A stretch of DNA of 64,000 nt. Origin: Diplonema japonicum (taxonomy: Eukaryota > Protista > Euglenozoa: Diplonemea). A program made the position numbers and the translations under genes. This document shows, one piece after another, positions 36,003 to 48,870 of this stretch. The stretch covers positions 186,001 through 250,000 of the forward strand of contig OZ025690.1 in the NCBI GenBank assembly GCA_964019335.1, written 5' to 3'. The notes under the pieces are model-generated. The model ran no database searches, was not told where the DNA came from, and saw nothing but the letters and a program-made list of their open reading frames with translations. Numbering within the stretch: the stretch's first letter is position 1; the number at the start of each line of letters is the position of its first letter.

Positions 36003-39000
36003 TTAACTCGGAAGTTCACGCTTTTTGAAAAACGGGCTGTAGTAGAAAAAAAAAATCTTTTTTCCCCCCCTTTTCCCCCCCCATACCTCATCGATCGCCT
36101 CACCACTTCACGCGGGGTTGATGACGCTACCTTTCTACGAAGGAAAGAAGGGGACCTAGAAGAAGCCCGCTGTGGTGACCCGGACGCGTGCCGTCTTGGG
36201 GTCAACGGAGAGGGCGAAGCACGCCGAGGGGATAGTGGCGAATTACTCCGCATAGGAGAAGAAGGCGAATTGCTGCGGCGGTACGCATAGCCGTCGTTTG
36301 TCCACACCCTGTCTCCTGCAAAGGGCGCTACCTCGAACTCGTCAAATTTCGAGTCACCAGTGTGGCCTTCAAACCCTCCGGTGGCGAAGAACCTGAAAGA
36401 TACGAACCGCTTGAGGTCGCCATGGCTCCTTGTCACTTCGCTCACGACGTCCCGAAGGTCCTCACACCTTTCCATGGCCATTCTGATGTCGTTCCTGTTT
36501 CGTATGGTCTCGCCCCTGAGCCTCAGCTCTTCCTCTTGATGGCTTCTCTCGAGGGTCTTCTCGCTTTCGATTTGCTTTCTTAGCTCTTTTGTCTTGGTGA
36601 TGTTCTCCACCTTCAGCCCCCGCTCCTCTGCGTTCTTCTCGCGAAGTGTCGTGATTTCCTTGTTGAGGCACTCCCGCTGGTCTTTAAGCTGTTTTTTTTT
36701 TTTTTTTTTTATTCCAATGAATTTTCAATGAAAACTGGCAAACCTGTTTGATTAATTCCTTCTTCTTATCAAGCCCGTCTTGAAGCACGTCACGTCGCGC
36801 ACGTAGCTGTGCGTGCTGACGTTGCGATGCTGTGTTGTGTGTTGTGTTGTGGGGAGAGGTTGTTGTTGTTGTTGTTATGTCATACAGATGGTCTTCTTCC
36901 CGGACACATCCCTGAACGAGCACAGAGTGGATTGAAGGTGTCGTTGCCGTTGCTTGTAAACCTTTGCTTCCTCCTCGGCTTCCTGGGGGGTGTTAGGTTT
37001 GAAGAAAGATTTTAAAAAAAAGAGAGGAGAAAAAAAAAAAAAATACCCTTTTCTCCTCCGTCATATTCGCCAACTGTGTTTGGTTCGCTTCCTGTGTAGA
37101 CCTGTTCCGCAGCTCAGCTTTAGTGACGTCCCCCTCCAAACGGGTGATCGAGAACCCGAAGTGCTCGTTTGTCCGTTCAAGGGAACGGGTTGATGACGCC
37201 CTTTATTTATTTTATTTTTCTCTAATTTCTTTTTTCTTTTTTTTTTTCCATACGTTTTCTCTTCATCCAGGTACGACGTTAGAACCTTTTCGTTGATGTT
37301 CTTGACCTCGGCTTCGAGTTTCTGAAGTCCTGAGGACTGTCCTACACGTGTGAACGCTTTTTGAAAGGCTAAAGCGAACTGTTTTCGCTTCACCAACTTC
37401 ACCTCGTGTGCGAAGGCCTCTTCTCTTTTTTTAACAGCCTCCTTGGCGTCCTCCAGCTCCTGCCGGGTTTTCTTCTCGGCCTCGAGCCGCTGTTGGTTTT
37501 GCTCGGCAGAGCGCTCTTTTTCCTTCGCCTCCTCGAGCTTCCTCTCCAGCTCCGCTTCGATTTCTTTGTTCATTTCAAGAGCCTCTTCAAGGTTTGCTTC
37601 CACATCTTCGTTCTGAAGCTGTTTTAGTTCCCGTTCAACGGCAAGCGCTTCGGCCTCAGCGCGTTCAAGATCTTCAATTCTCTGCTGGATGGCGTTCTGC
37701 TGCTGCATGGTGGCCAGCTCGGACTCTCTTTTCTGATTTTCGATATTTTGAATCTCGGAGTTCAGGTTCGCCCTTGAAGTCGGGTCGGCCTCCTCGTTTT
37801 TCATCTTTTTGCGAAGCTCGACGAGTTCCTTCTGCAGAGCAGACACAACAACCTGACCCTTTTCCTCGTTCACCCTCACATTGTTGACAATGGACTTCGC
37901 TTTGTACGCGTACCTCAGGGTGTTCACTGTGTCTTCACGGTTACCCTCAAACGGGGAAACTGTCGCGAGCATCATTGTGACAGAATTGCCTCCGAGCGAT
38001 TCTGAAAGAATCCACGTTAGCGTGGAGTCACGGTAAGGCGGTACCAGCTTCGGGTCGTTCCTCTTCCTGACAGAGTTCTCGATTAGAATATCAATGACCC
38101 TTCGGAGTGTGGACAGCGAGAGGTTGATCCGGGTAGCCTCTACGAGACGTGTTCCCTCCGCACCGGAGAGATTGATACGTTCGGACCCTGCAAGATCGAC
38201 TAGATTGATGTTTGCGTATTTTTGTATGCCTTTCGCCTCGTTTTTCGACCGGATGCATAGTTGGAATATCGCGTGGGATCTTGATGATGTGGCGTTCATG
38301 TTGGTCTCGGCGGTGGCACGGTGTTCCATCCCAGCCCGCATTACCTTCTTAACGTCTTCCGCTGTTTTTAAACCTTGTTCTTTTCCGAGTCTCGTGAGGC
38401 CTTCCACGTAAACGCCTACTGTCGGGCTGTTGCGGACTTTAAGGTCTTTGTATTCAGTTGAGTCGTCGTATGCTTTTAAGGATTTCTTGCTTTTTTTCCT
38501 GCCGAGGGGGGAGACCACCGCGGGGTCTTCGGATAGAAGATCCTTTACACGTTCGTTGTAGATTTCCATGAAAGATATTTCGACGGAGAACGAGAAACCC
38601 TGGTGTTTTCCTCCCATTGCCTCCAGCTCTGCAAAGGTTTGATCTACTATTCTTGGGGAGATTCCTGGTTGTGCGTCGCTGCCCAGCATCGAGTATGTCT
38701 TCCCGCTTCCTGTTTGACCATAGGCGAAGATGCAGCAGTGTCGTGCAGAGAGAGCGGTTTTTACAGCGGGTTTGCCGGTTTCTTCATAAACGGCAGCTTG
38801 GTCTGTGAATTGTTTGTTGCAGTGAGTGGCTTGTTCCGCAGGGATGCTCCAGAAGGAACGGTGGAAGTCGAAGGTGTCTTTTATGCAGCCGTCCTTGTCC
38901 AGGATTTGAACGGTTTCGTCGTCGTTGTGCATCAGAACGATCGAGGTGGGGCCTTCCTTGCTTTTGCCCTCCAGGTCCAGCTCTCGCTTGTTGAACGGGC

Positions 39001-39049
39001 GTACCCGAACCATCACCTTGACTGCCGATTTCTCTGATTTTCCTGACAT
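36003..39049 (-). CDS. Kinesin (kinesin-3-like motor + coiled coil), 6 exons
   Basis: Motifs VRVRPFN, AYGQTGSGKT, SSRSH, DLAGSER, PYRDSTLTWILSESLGGNS. Introns 37201-37253, 36983-37046, 36830-36885, 36689-36743 and 36037-36086 all splice in frame. Confidence 0.92.
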
Positions 39050-39106
39050 TTTCTTTTTTTTTTTTTGTCCCGTCGCGCCTCCCCCCGTCCCCACGCGCTT
39101 TGTGGT

Positions 39107-39141
<35 letters not shown>

Positions 39142-39835
39142 TTGTGTGGTGATAAGAAAAAAGAAGGGGAGGGGGAAAGAAAAAAAAAGGGAAGGAAGAA
39201 AGAAAGAAAGCGCAATCCCCCCCCTAGAAAAAATATATTTTTTATGTTACAATTCTTTTTCTTTCTTTTTTTACCCCCCCCTGCCCGTAATGTGGCCTAC
39301 ACTAAATGTGTTTTTTTTTTCTTTTTTGTCATTTCTGTGGTAGTTTAGGTTTTCTTTGACAGTTGTTAACAGAAAAAAGGGGGGGGGGAGGGGAAACGGA
39401 AAAAGGAAATGTCATCCGCAAAACAAGAAGGGGGGAAAACCAAAAAAAAAAAAAAAATAAATAAAAATAAAACAAAACAAGAGAGGAGGAAAAAAAAGGA
39501 GAAAAAAAAAGAAATTAGTTTGGCGCTTCATGTATTTGTGCGCACGAGAGGAAATTACTCATTGCGCTGCCATCAACTAGTTTTCTTTTTATTTTTTTAA
39601 AATAGTCTCGACAATAATATTGTTAAAAAAAAGATTCAAGAAAGGTAAAAAAAAAAAAAGAAAAAGCAAAATCAAAAGGCAAAATAATAATAATAAAAAG
39701 GCCGTTTTAGTACTTTTTTGTCTTGTCATCCCCGTACAGAAAAAAAGAAGGTGAAAATACACCCCTAACTAACTTTTTTTTTCCCATCTTTGGAAAAGGG
39801 GGGGATTTTTTTTTCTTTTTTTTTTTTGGCACACG

Positions 39836-39870
<35 letters not shown>

Positions 39871-40044
39871 AAGAAACACAACGGGAAAAAAAAAAAAAAA
39901 AAAAAAACACATTTTCACTCGCGAAAAAAAAAAAATAAATGAGAGGAAGGAAGGAAAAAAAAAAAAGAGAAAAAAAAATCATCAGATAATAAACCGAAAT
40001 GGTACTACATAAAAAAAAAAAAAAAAAAAAAAAAAGAAAATCAT

Positions 40045-41744
40045 CTACAGATCATGGAACATAAAGGAGTCCCTGTCGATCTTGTAGAGGTTCTCGCAGG
40101 GCTGGGTCATGTTGACCCGGTGGGTGGCCACCCTGTTGATGATGTGGCTGAAGTAGTACCTCATCGTGTCGATTTTGCTCTGGTAGTACTTCTTGTCAGT
40201 TTCCGAAAGGTCAGGAGCCGCCAGCTTCTTCTCAGCCGCAATTGCCATGCGAAGCCAGTAATGCCCCAGGACAATGTACCCAGCGTTGAAGAGATGGTCA
40301 ACAGACGAAGCAGAAATGGCATCACGGTTCTTGGCAGCACGAAGGCCAATCATCACAACATCCTTCTTCCACTGCCACAGCAGCTTGTACATGGCAATAC
40401 CCTCCTGCTTGAAGGAGGAGCTTGTCATCACGCCCCACGCATGGTCACGGTACACCTTGTTCCACTTCGAGAACAGCTTCAACTTGTCTATCATCATCTT
40501 CCTACCAAGCATGTCCAAACCCTGGATACCCGTGGTCCCCTCGTAAAGAGTGGAGATCCTTGCATCCCTGACAATCTGTTCCATCCCGTGGTCTTTGATG
40601 TACCCGTGCCCGCCAAACACCTGTTGGCATCCGTATGTGACCTCAATAGCCCATTCTGTAACGCAGCCCTTCACAATGGGGGTCAGGAAGCCCATGTCAT
40701 TTTCGATCTTGTCAGCGGAGACATGGTCACCGGCGGCAAGGGCGTAGGTGATCTTGTCGCCCTGCTTGCTGATGTCGTATAGAAGCGCCCGCGAGCCTTC
40801 AAGAAGAGCCTTGGCGGTCATGAGGTTCTTCCTCACGTCACCGTGGAATACAAGTGCGTCGGCTACCTTGTCCTTTTCTTTCTTGCCCGACAGAGCGCGC
40901 ATGGACATTCTCTCGTTGGCGTAGGCGACGGCGTTCTGGAAGGCCAGCTCCATGTGAGCAAGGCCCTGCACACCAGTGCCGATCCTGGCGGTGTTCATGA
41001 AGGTGAACATTTGGCGGAGCCCGTCGTGCGGTTCGCCGATGAGCCATCCCTTCGCGTCTTCGAAGTGGAGCTGTGCGGTGGCATTGCCGTGGATGCCCAT
41101 CTTTTTCTCAAGCCCACCGCATGTCACGTTCTTCGTGGTCTCGAGCGACCCGTCCTCCTTCTTCAAGTACTTCGGGACAAGGAACAGCGAGATCCCCTTC
41201 GTGCCCGACGGTGCGTCCGGAAGCTTCGCCAACACAATGTGAACAATGTTCTCAGCAAGATCGTGCTCGCCAGCCGAGATGAAGATCTTAGTCCCGCTTA
41301 GCGCGTACGAACCGTCGTCATTGGGAAGAGCCTTGGTCTTGATCTGCGCCAGGTCGGTACCACAGTGGGGTTCTGTGAGACACATAGATCCCGTGTAGGT
41401 GAGGTCGATGAGCTTGGGGAGGTATTCATCCTTCATCTCTTGGCTGCCGTGCGCGATGATGGTGTTGGTGCACCCAAGGGTCAGACCGGGGTACATGAAC
41501 CACGCCCAGTTCGCGGTACTGCAAATCTCGTTCTTTACGAGCGAGAGTGAAAGGGGCATGTTCATCCCGCCGTACTCAGAGGGGAAGTTGAGTGCTTGCC
41601 AACCGCCCTCTTTGTATGCTTCGAAGGCCTCCTTGAAGCCCTTGGGGGTCGTTACGTCACCGTTCTTCCACACGCAGCCGTCGTCTCCTGACATGTAGCA
41701 TGGTAGGAGCGCCTCGCTTGCTAGCTGGTTGCTTGCGTCAATTA

Positions 41745-41775
<31 letters not shown>

Positions 41776-41998
41776 GTTGTTGACATACATCGTTCAAGAA
41801 CTCGGGGGTGCACTCCTCCGAGACGCCTTCCGGGAGGGTTTTGTAGTGCTCTTGCATGTCCAAAACATCATTGAACAAGAACTGGAAGAAAAAAAAAAAA
41901 CTTTTTTTTTTATTATTACTGCTGCATACGTTGATTTCCTTAGCAGGCGCCTTGTAACTCAGGGCCCTCTTCTGAATGGCTCTCACAGTCGACTTCAT
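40045..41998 (-). CDS. Acyl-CoA dehydrogenase (long bacterial-like ~600-aa type), mitochondrial; exons 41998-41930, 41881-41789, 41745-40045
   Basis: Motifs SMCLTEPHCGTDL, GTKIFIS, KKMGIHG, QVFGGHGYI, YEGTTGIQ. Introns 41882-41929 (48 nt) and 41746-41788 (43 nt). Confidence 0.93.
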
Positions 41999-42179
41999 TT
42001 TCTTTTTTTTTATTTGCCTTTTTCTTTTTTTTTTTTAATGCTGTGTTGTTGTTTTTTTTTTTTTCGTGGTTTCATTTTAAAAAAAAAAAAAAAAAAAAAA
42101 ACAATACAAAACTTAAGGGAAAAAAATAAAAAAAAATAAAAAGAGGGGTGGCGGAAGCTCCCTTCATTCTTTTAAAGGA

Positions 42180-43709
42180 TTAAGTAAAAGCGGGGATTCC
42201 AGGGAAGAGACTACTGTTTAGTGCGGCAACATGGTGGTCAGAGGCCGCTTTGAGTTTCGCCGCGGCTTGCTCATAATGGGCTTTCGTGGGCTTAATTCTA
42301 TTGGATGTTGTCTGCCTAAGAAGCTGTTCCGCGGTTCTGTCAGTATCGCGTTGAAAGTTTTTGACTGCAGACTGCGAAACAGAAGCGATGGTACTGGTGG
42401 GCAAAATCATTCTAAGGTGGGGTTTGAAAGGGACACCCAGCACCTCAAACGTGTCACCACTGCTTAAACCGGCCACCTTCGTTGCAAGGATCTCTTGCAG
42501 CGCGTTGTAGTCAATCGCTTCTTTCCAGATCCTTTTCTTAAGCTCGTATTCCTCTTGTTCATCTTTGAAGAGACGGTTCACATGACTGAGATAATACCCT
42601 ATGGGCGCAAAGCCCGAATTTTCTAACTCAGCATGTCGAATGCATTGGAACAAAACAACTTGTGTGAATAAGTTTCGCTGCATTATTGGGACGCGAACCA
42701 ACTTTTGTATGGTCCGAGAGGCTGCTAGCAATTCGTAAATAGCGGTTTTGAAACCCCTGGGGAGCTTGTTGGCCAGCCAAATTTTTAACACGCTTGCAGC
42801 GTCCCGTTTCAGTCGTATCGTTCTCCACAACTTGAAGACCACGAGGTGTTTCCTGATGTGGGTCCACATTTTCACCGCCTTCACAGACCGTATGGAACGG
42901 ATCCATAACCTGCAGTGCTTGACGATTAAGAGGCCGGCTTGACGGATGGCAACCTCGCGTTGAGATATTTCCTTGGTTTTCTCGAGGTTTGTGACCAAGA
43001 TAGACATCACAGCGCCATGTACGGCCGCTGTTGTCCATGTGTCACCGATGGTCTTGCTTAGCTTTGTATGCGACTCTGCCATTGCTGTTTCTATTTCAAT
43101 CTCTTTTTTGTAGGCGTGGAGCCATGATGCTTCCCGCCGTTCTCTTTCTTGTATTTTGCCTTTTACACGCGCGGCTTCGCGTCTGTCGTGGTTTTGAACG
43201 TCACGGAAGTCCCTTCTTTCCATCGCTGCTCGCGGGTCGAATTCTCGCATGACCTTAATGTTCGATATTACCTTGTCTATGCGTGTTGGGCGGTGTTTGC
43301 TTAAGCGGGCTTTGAGGTCGTTTGTATTTAAGCGGGCTTCATCGATGCGGTCCATTACTTTTTCGGAGAGGCGTTTTGGTTTTTTTCGAACACCCGTAGG
43401 GATTGACCTGTGTGTGTCTAGCCTTGGTATACTCGATGGTAGGGCGTCTCCGCCGTTTTGTTCTGCGATCAATATTTCCAGATCTTTGCTTATGTTTGAC
43501 AGCATAGCCAGCCGCGAGGCAGCCAGCGACGAAGCCGATCTGTTGTTCAGAAAGCTCATGGGTGTCTCGTGCTCTCGTGCCGACTTGCCCGCATTGACCT
43601 TTAAGGTGTCGATCCGCCTTTGTGCATTCTCGTTCACGTTTTTCGTCAAATGCGATATTTTCTTGCTGCTGTTCAGAATGGACGCAGCCTCCCACAAGTT
43701 GTGCGGCAT
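42180..43709 (-). CDS. Hypothetical helical protein with degenerate IQ-like motifs (509 aa)
   Basis: Long ORF; segments such as AASRTIQKLVR and AGLLIVKHCR. Confidence 0.7.
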   Translation of the reverse strand: MPHNLWEAASILNSSKKISHLTKNVNENAQRRIDTLKVNAGKSAREHETPMSFLNNRSASSLAASRLAMLSNISKDLEILIAEQNGGDALPSSIPRLDTHRSIPTGVRKKPKRLSEKVMDRIDEARLNTNDLKARLSKHRPTRIDKVISNIKVMREFDPRAAMERRDFRDVQNHDRREAARVKGKIQERERREASWLHAYKKEIEIETAMAESHTKLSKTIGDTWTTAAVHGAVMSILVTNLEKTKEISQREVAIRQAGLLIVKHCRLWIRSIRSVKAVKMWTHIRKHLVVFKLWRTIRLKRDAASVLKIWLANKLPRGFKTAIYELLAASRTIQKLVRVPIMQRNLFTQVVLFQCIRHAELENSGFAPIGYYLSHVNRLFKDEQEEYELKKRIWKEAIDYNALQEILATKVAGLSSGDTFEVLGVPFKPHLRMILPTSTIASVSQSAVKNFQRDTDRTAEQLLRQTTSNRIKPTKAHYEQAAAKLKAASDHHVAALNSSLFPGIPAFT

Positions 43710-44178
43710 TGGTTTATTGTGTTTAAATTGTGTTTATAAAGTTCTTTTTTTTTTTCAGGTATCTGGGCGAGAAATATATCACATGGGACCGTGGTCTTGT
43801 GCCGTCGGGCCACACATGTTGCAGGGTGCGCATTGGTAGAGAAAGCTGCGCACTTCCAAAAAAGAAAAATCAAAAAATGTTTGCATTAGGTGAAGAAAAA
43901 TATGCGAGAGGGAAAGAAAAAGAGCATTGAAAAAATAGAAAATCGGACTTTAGTAAGGTGGTAAAGGGTGCTCCTTTGGCCACATCGCTTTACTGGGGGG
44001 AGGGGGGAAAAAACAAGAGTCGGATTGCTGTCCGCGCACACCCGGTCGGTCGGGATTAACTTTACAAAAAAGGTATAAAGCCCAACAATTGCCACCACTA
44101 CTCCAACACCAATTCCTTATCAATATGTTATAGTCAATATGTTGCTTTTTCTATTGATCATCACTTTTTTTTTTTTTT

Positions 44179-44936
44179 TATTTCACTCTTCAGAAATTAC
44201 TTCACGCACTGGGGGGCCCATTACTTCACGCTAAATCTCATTACTTCACGGTGAAATAATGGCCTGTTTTCCGTGAAGTAATAGGGGGTTTCCGGTAAAT
44301 AATATGCCTTGGTAGGCCAATTTTTGCCTCGGTTCGGTTCCCAGTGGGGCTACTTTTTCCTCTCAGTTTGCTATTTCCCCCCAGGTTCAGTTCAATTGGC
44401 CAACTTTTGCCTCGGCTCAGTTCCAAGTTGGACTACTTTTTCCTCCCAATTTGCCCACTTTTGGCTAGGCCTTTTTCCCAGTTTCTGTGGGTAACTCTTC
44501 TGTGGGTAAGGGTAACTTAGTCAGCTTACCCAAGCACCCCAAAAGACTTCAAAATACCGAAGCAGCAGAAAAAAAGGAGCCAGCGGCCGCGCCAGGTATG
44601 GGAAGGCTTGATTAGAGATGGTGACAGTGGCAATGCCAGCGACAGTGGCAATGCCAGCGACAGCGGCAGCTCTAAGTCAACAAAAGGAGGGAAAACAACT
44701 TGTATTGTAACCTTTGTAACCCCTCTCTTGTTGTACCCCTTGTCACCCTGTTGTGCCCCTCGTGGTGAAGTAATTTCAGAGTGTCGTGAAATAAAACCAC
44801 TTACCTACCGCCAAGTAATGCTTTACCGACCTCTCGGTTCCGCATTTTACCATCTCGGGCCCTGCGGGCCATCGACGGTAAAATGCGGAACCTCGAGGTA
44901 ACGGTAAAGTCATTACTTGTTGGCAGTAAATAGCTA
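44179..44936 (+). mobile_element. HINE-like element copy 2 (most complete)
   Basis: Near-identical to 17259-17947 with the same ends in T-tracts; perfect inner stem GGTTCCGCATTTTACC/GGTAAAATGCGGAACC. Confidence 0.75.
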
Positions 44937-44986
44937 TTTTTTTTGCCCGAGGGTTTCAAGGATAAGGAGTGGAAAACAAAAACAAA

Positions 44987-45419
44987 CTCAAAGTGCAGGA
45001 CAAACCCCCTCATGGAGGGCCGCCCTTGGGTGGGTTGGGGGGGGGCTATCTATTTATACTCCCCTTCTGGAGCATTGCTTTCGTTCCAATCGAGGCCTTG
45101 AGCGTCTTGCGGAGTCGTGTGATGCGGTCTCGCTTGTAAGCGGCTTTCAGTTCCATCAGCTTGTCATGCGTGGAGTGGGTGGCAAAGATGGGCCTCCTGG
45201 CGAAACCCATAGCCGTCTTCCCACCTATTGCGATGAGGGACTTCACTCTCTTCTGTTCATCCGCTGGGAAGGGGCGTGGCTTCTTCCGTGCCCTGCATGC
45301 CGCGTTTAGCTTTCTTATCAGTGCTTTGATCTTGCGAGCCCTATCTTCCAGCAGACCTCCCAGTAACTTGCCTGTCGTCCATTCGAAGTCGATGGCCAAT
45401 TCCACCGCTGACACTTCAG
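44987..45419 (-). mobile_element. LINE family B 3' fragment (diverged subfamily)
   Basis: Encodes VSAVELAIDFEW...LQKGSINR. Flanked by AACAAA on both sides (44981-44986, 45420-45425). Confidence 0.85.
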
Positions 45420-46340
45420 AACAAAAAAATCAGATTGCTAACAGAAATGGTACTTAGCAATTAAAGGAAGTTCGAGAGGGAAAAAAAAGGACAATGAAAA
45501 AATCGCATAAAATTCTTCTTCGAGGAAAGGGCTTCATTCTTCTTCACATCAAGGTGCCACAAGGTGACGGCCCCTTTAAGAGAGGAGAGAAAAGCAAAGA
45601 AAAAGGCCAATCTGAGTCGACAGTCGGCTCCAAAGTGTACCATAAAGCACTAGTAGCACATGGGGTGGTTTACGACACATTTCGAGTGCGCTTCAAATAC
45701 GTGGTCACCACTCAGACAGTAGAAGAAGGCTTTTTTTCTTTTTTTTTTTTTTTAAATCTAACTCATAAATGAGTTGCACTGTTGCTTTTGGGACGCGCTT
45801 CTTAGACCTGTGCCCTCACACGTATGTGTTTCCCCTGCTGCTTCGTTTTCCACAGACTTTTGTGGCTATTGTCTCCTATTTTTGCTTTGATTGAATCCCC
45901 CCAGGGTATTCTTTTTTTTTTTTTTTTTTTTGAGAAGGTGTCTTGGGGAAATGGAGGGGTGAAGAGAAACGAACTTATCATTGTAACCCTTCGGTTCAGT
46001 TAAGTGACCCGGAAATCAGGTTGTTAAACAGAACTGGTACTACATTTTAAAATACGAAACATCAAGAAGAAAGTTTAGGAGAGGAAGGAAAAGGACAAAA
46101 ATCTTCGAAGAAAGAGCTTCATCTTCTTCACGTCAAGGTGCCACAAGGTGACGGCCCCTTTAAGGGAGTAGAAGAGAAATGACAGTGACTCACACAACCC
46201 GTTTGTGTCGGTCGGCAAACAAAAATAAGGACAACCCCGTGCCGTGCATCAGGTTAGAAAAGAACGGGTCTTCGGGAAAAGGGAGGGGGGTAAAGGGAAA
46301 CGAAGAAAGAACCAATATAATAAGAGACACAGAAGAAAAG

Positions 46341-48870
46341 TCACTGTCCCACCCCCTTCAGAGCATCCAAGTATGAGACAGAAGGGTTTGCCTCCCTCCC
46401 CTCAAAGGGTAAACAGGGCTCCTTCCGTAACTCCTCAATTCTCATGTACAACCCATTGCTGTGGCGGTGTTTCGCCTTGCGTTTCCTGAAGTGGCCTTCC
46501 GGTCTTGTGTCCACCTTTCCACCACAACGGGACGTCTTGAAGTGCAGCAAGGGTATGTCCTCGTCAGACGAGGATGCCTTGTACACACCTTTCACTGCCA
46601 CAACTGCACTAGGACACCTGTCCGAAGAAACAAGATGAGAACAAACCTCGCCGCTATCGTCCTTCGCATCAGGGTCCGCTCCGTGAGACATGAGGAGGGA
46701 CACCACTTCCCTTTCACGATGGAGATCAGAAGTAAAGTTCTGTCGCTGCCCGTTCTTCATGACAGTCACAGAGCATGAACCCCCAATACCACATCGAGAG
46801 GTTTCCTGAGGGTTCCCGAGCCGCTTCGCCACTGTGTCTGAAACAGTGTGGAGAGGGGTCCTGCCTGCATTGTCCCTTGCGTTCACATTGGGGCGGCGAG
46901 CAACAAGTAAGGACTCCAAGATGAGGGGGTCGCATTCCCGAGCAGCCATGTGAAGAGGCGTTCTGCCCCCCATGTCCTTCGCATCCACATCGGGAGAGGC
47001 TTCTTCCAAGAGGAAAAGAACAAGATCTACTAAACCAGCACCGACAAAAATGTGGAGAGGAGTCTGTCCCTTGTTGTTCCTCACGTTCACATCAAGACCA
47101 CTACGCAGAATGAGGGAAGCAACGAAGGGGTTCTCGACAAGATGAAGTGCCGTGTTGCCTTCGTTGTCTCGTGCGTTCACATCGGAGGGAGCCGCAAGCA
47201 TGTTTCGAACAATGTCAAGACTGCCATCAAGACGAACAGCAAGATGGATGGGAGTCCGTCCCTTGTTGTTCTTCAGCCTCACATCAGCACCATGACGGAG
47301 AAGGAGGGCAGTTTTGTCTTCCATCTCAATTTTGTCGTCTTTAGAGATAACAGGTAACGCAGAGACAAGATGAAGTGCCGTGTTGCCTTCATTGTCTCGT
47401 GCGTTCACATCGGGAGAGGCCGCGAGATAATATCGCATGGCATCAAGATCACGAGAAAAAAGAACAAAAAGATGGAGTGGGGTCTGTTTCTTCTTCTTGG
47501 TTTTCAGATTCAGGTTAGGATGGTGCCCGCAACAAACAGGGTACGATCCCAGAGGAGTCATGGGCACTTGGAACAAGATGAAGCGCCGTGTTACCCTTAT
47601 TGTCTTGAACATCCACATCGGGAGAGGCCGCAAGCACGCCCCGAATAATGCTACCAACACCAGTAAGGACAGAAAGGTGGAGAAGGGTTTGATCATTCTT
47701 ATTTTTCAGGTTCACATCCGCACCGTGCCTGTGCCGCAACAAGACTGCCATATGATGATGAAAGGACGGTTCGCAGTTCAGATTGGTCACTGCTACATGG
47801 CATGCTGTGTTGCCCTTCTCATCTTGTGCATTCACATCACAAGAGGCTTCGAGCAAGAGTTCAGCGATTCTTGTATTTCTAGTAAGGTGAAGAGGTGTTT
47901 CTTTTCTATGGGTCTTTGCATTCACATCCGCACCCCATGCAAGCAAAGACGAGACAATATCGATGTGGCCTTGCTGCGAGGCATGATGAAGGGGTGACCA
48001 CATAATTCCGTTCACACAGTTGACAGCTGCACCATGTTGCAGGAGGAGGGATGCTGCTTCGGCACTCGTGACATAATGAAGGGGACTGGCTCCGTTTTTG
48101 CCACACAGGTTCGGATCAGCAGACTTCTCGAGAAGCAAGGCGATGATACTAATGTAGTCCCCTCGCGTTGCTATTATGAGAGGAGTATCGCCATACACCT
48201 TCAGGTTCACCCCTGCACCAGCCTCGAGTAACATCGAGATGATTTCGGTGTTGCCTGACTCCACAGCTTTATGGAATGGACTGCCGTAACTATCAGCTAT
48301 GCTAACACCATTCGACAGTAGGAACTGAATCATTGCAACCTGCTGACTGGACACTGCTTGGTAGAGCGGAACACGGTTGTCTACACCAGCAGCCAGAAGG
48401 AGATCAACACACTGGATGAAGCCCCGATGGGACATGTTGTTAACCAGGTTGCGTTTCTGACCATCATTGCACATCCCTGCCTCCATCATCGTGGCCAGCA
48501 CTTCACATAGTTCCCTGTCCAAGTCCTGCCGGCCCTCAACAGAGAGGTCTGCGTCTTCTCCAGATTTGTGATCAGCGAGGGACATTACACCCTTGCCTGC
48601 CCAACCCAACTCCTTCAGATGATGAAGTGCCGCCTCTTCCTTGTTCAAGACCAGCTGCAGCTCACTCTGATCCCCAAAGGGAAGCTCCCCAACGAGCCTG
48701 CCGTCACTGTCACCGAACACCTCCCCTTCAAAGGAGAGGTCGAAGGTGTTGACGCACATCCCGGACTGCGACGCCACCCTTTCCTTCAAGCCCGCCAAGC
48801 TCTCCATCGGGCCTACCTCCACTTCCATCCACTCACCTCCAGGGTGTTGCACCAACAGCTCAACCGACAT
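46341..48870 (-). pseudogene. UBL-ankyrin copy 3 (longest; single +1 frameshift near 47527, possibly a sequencing error)
   Basis: ORFs 47515-48939 and 46341-47696 overlap. GGTGCCCGCAAC has one more C than copy 1 (GGTGCCGCAAC). Confidence 0.8.
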
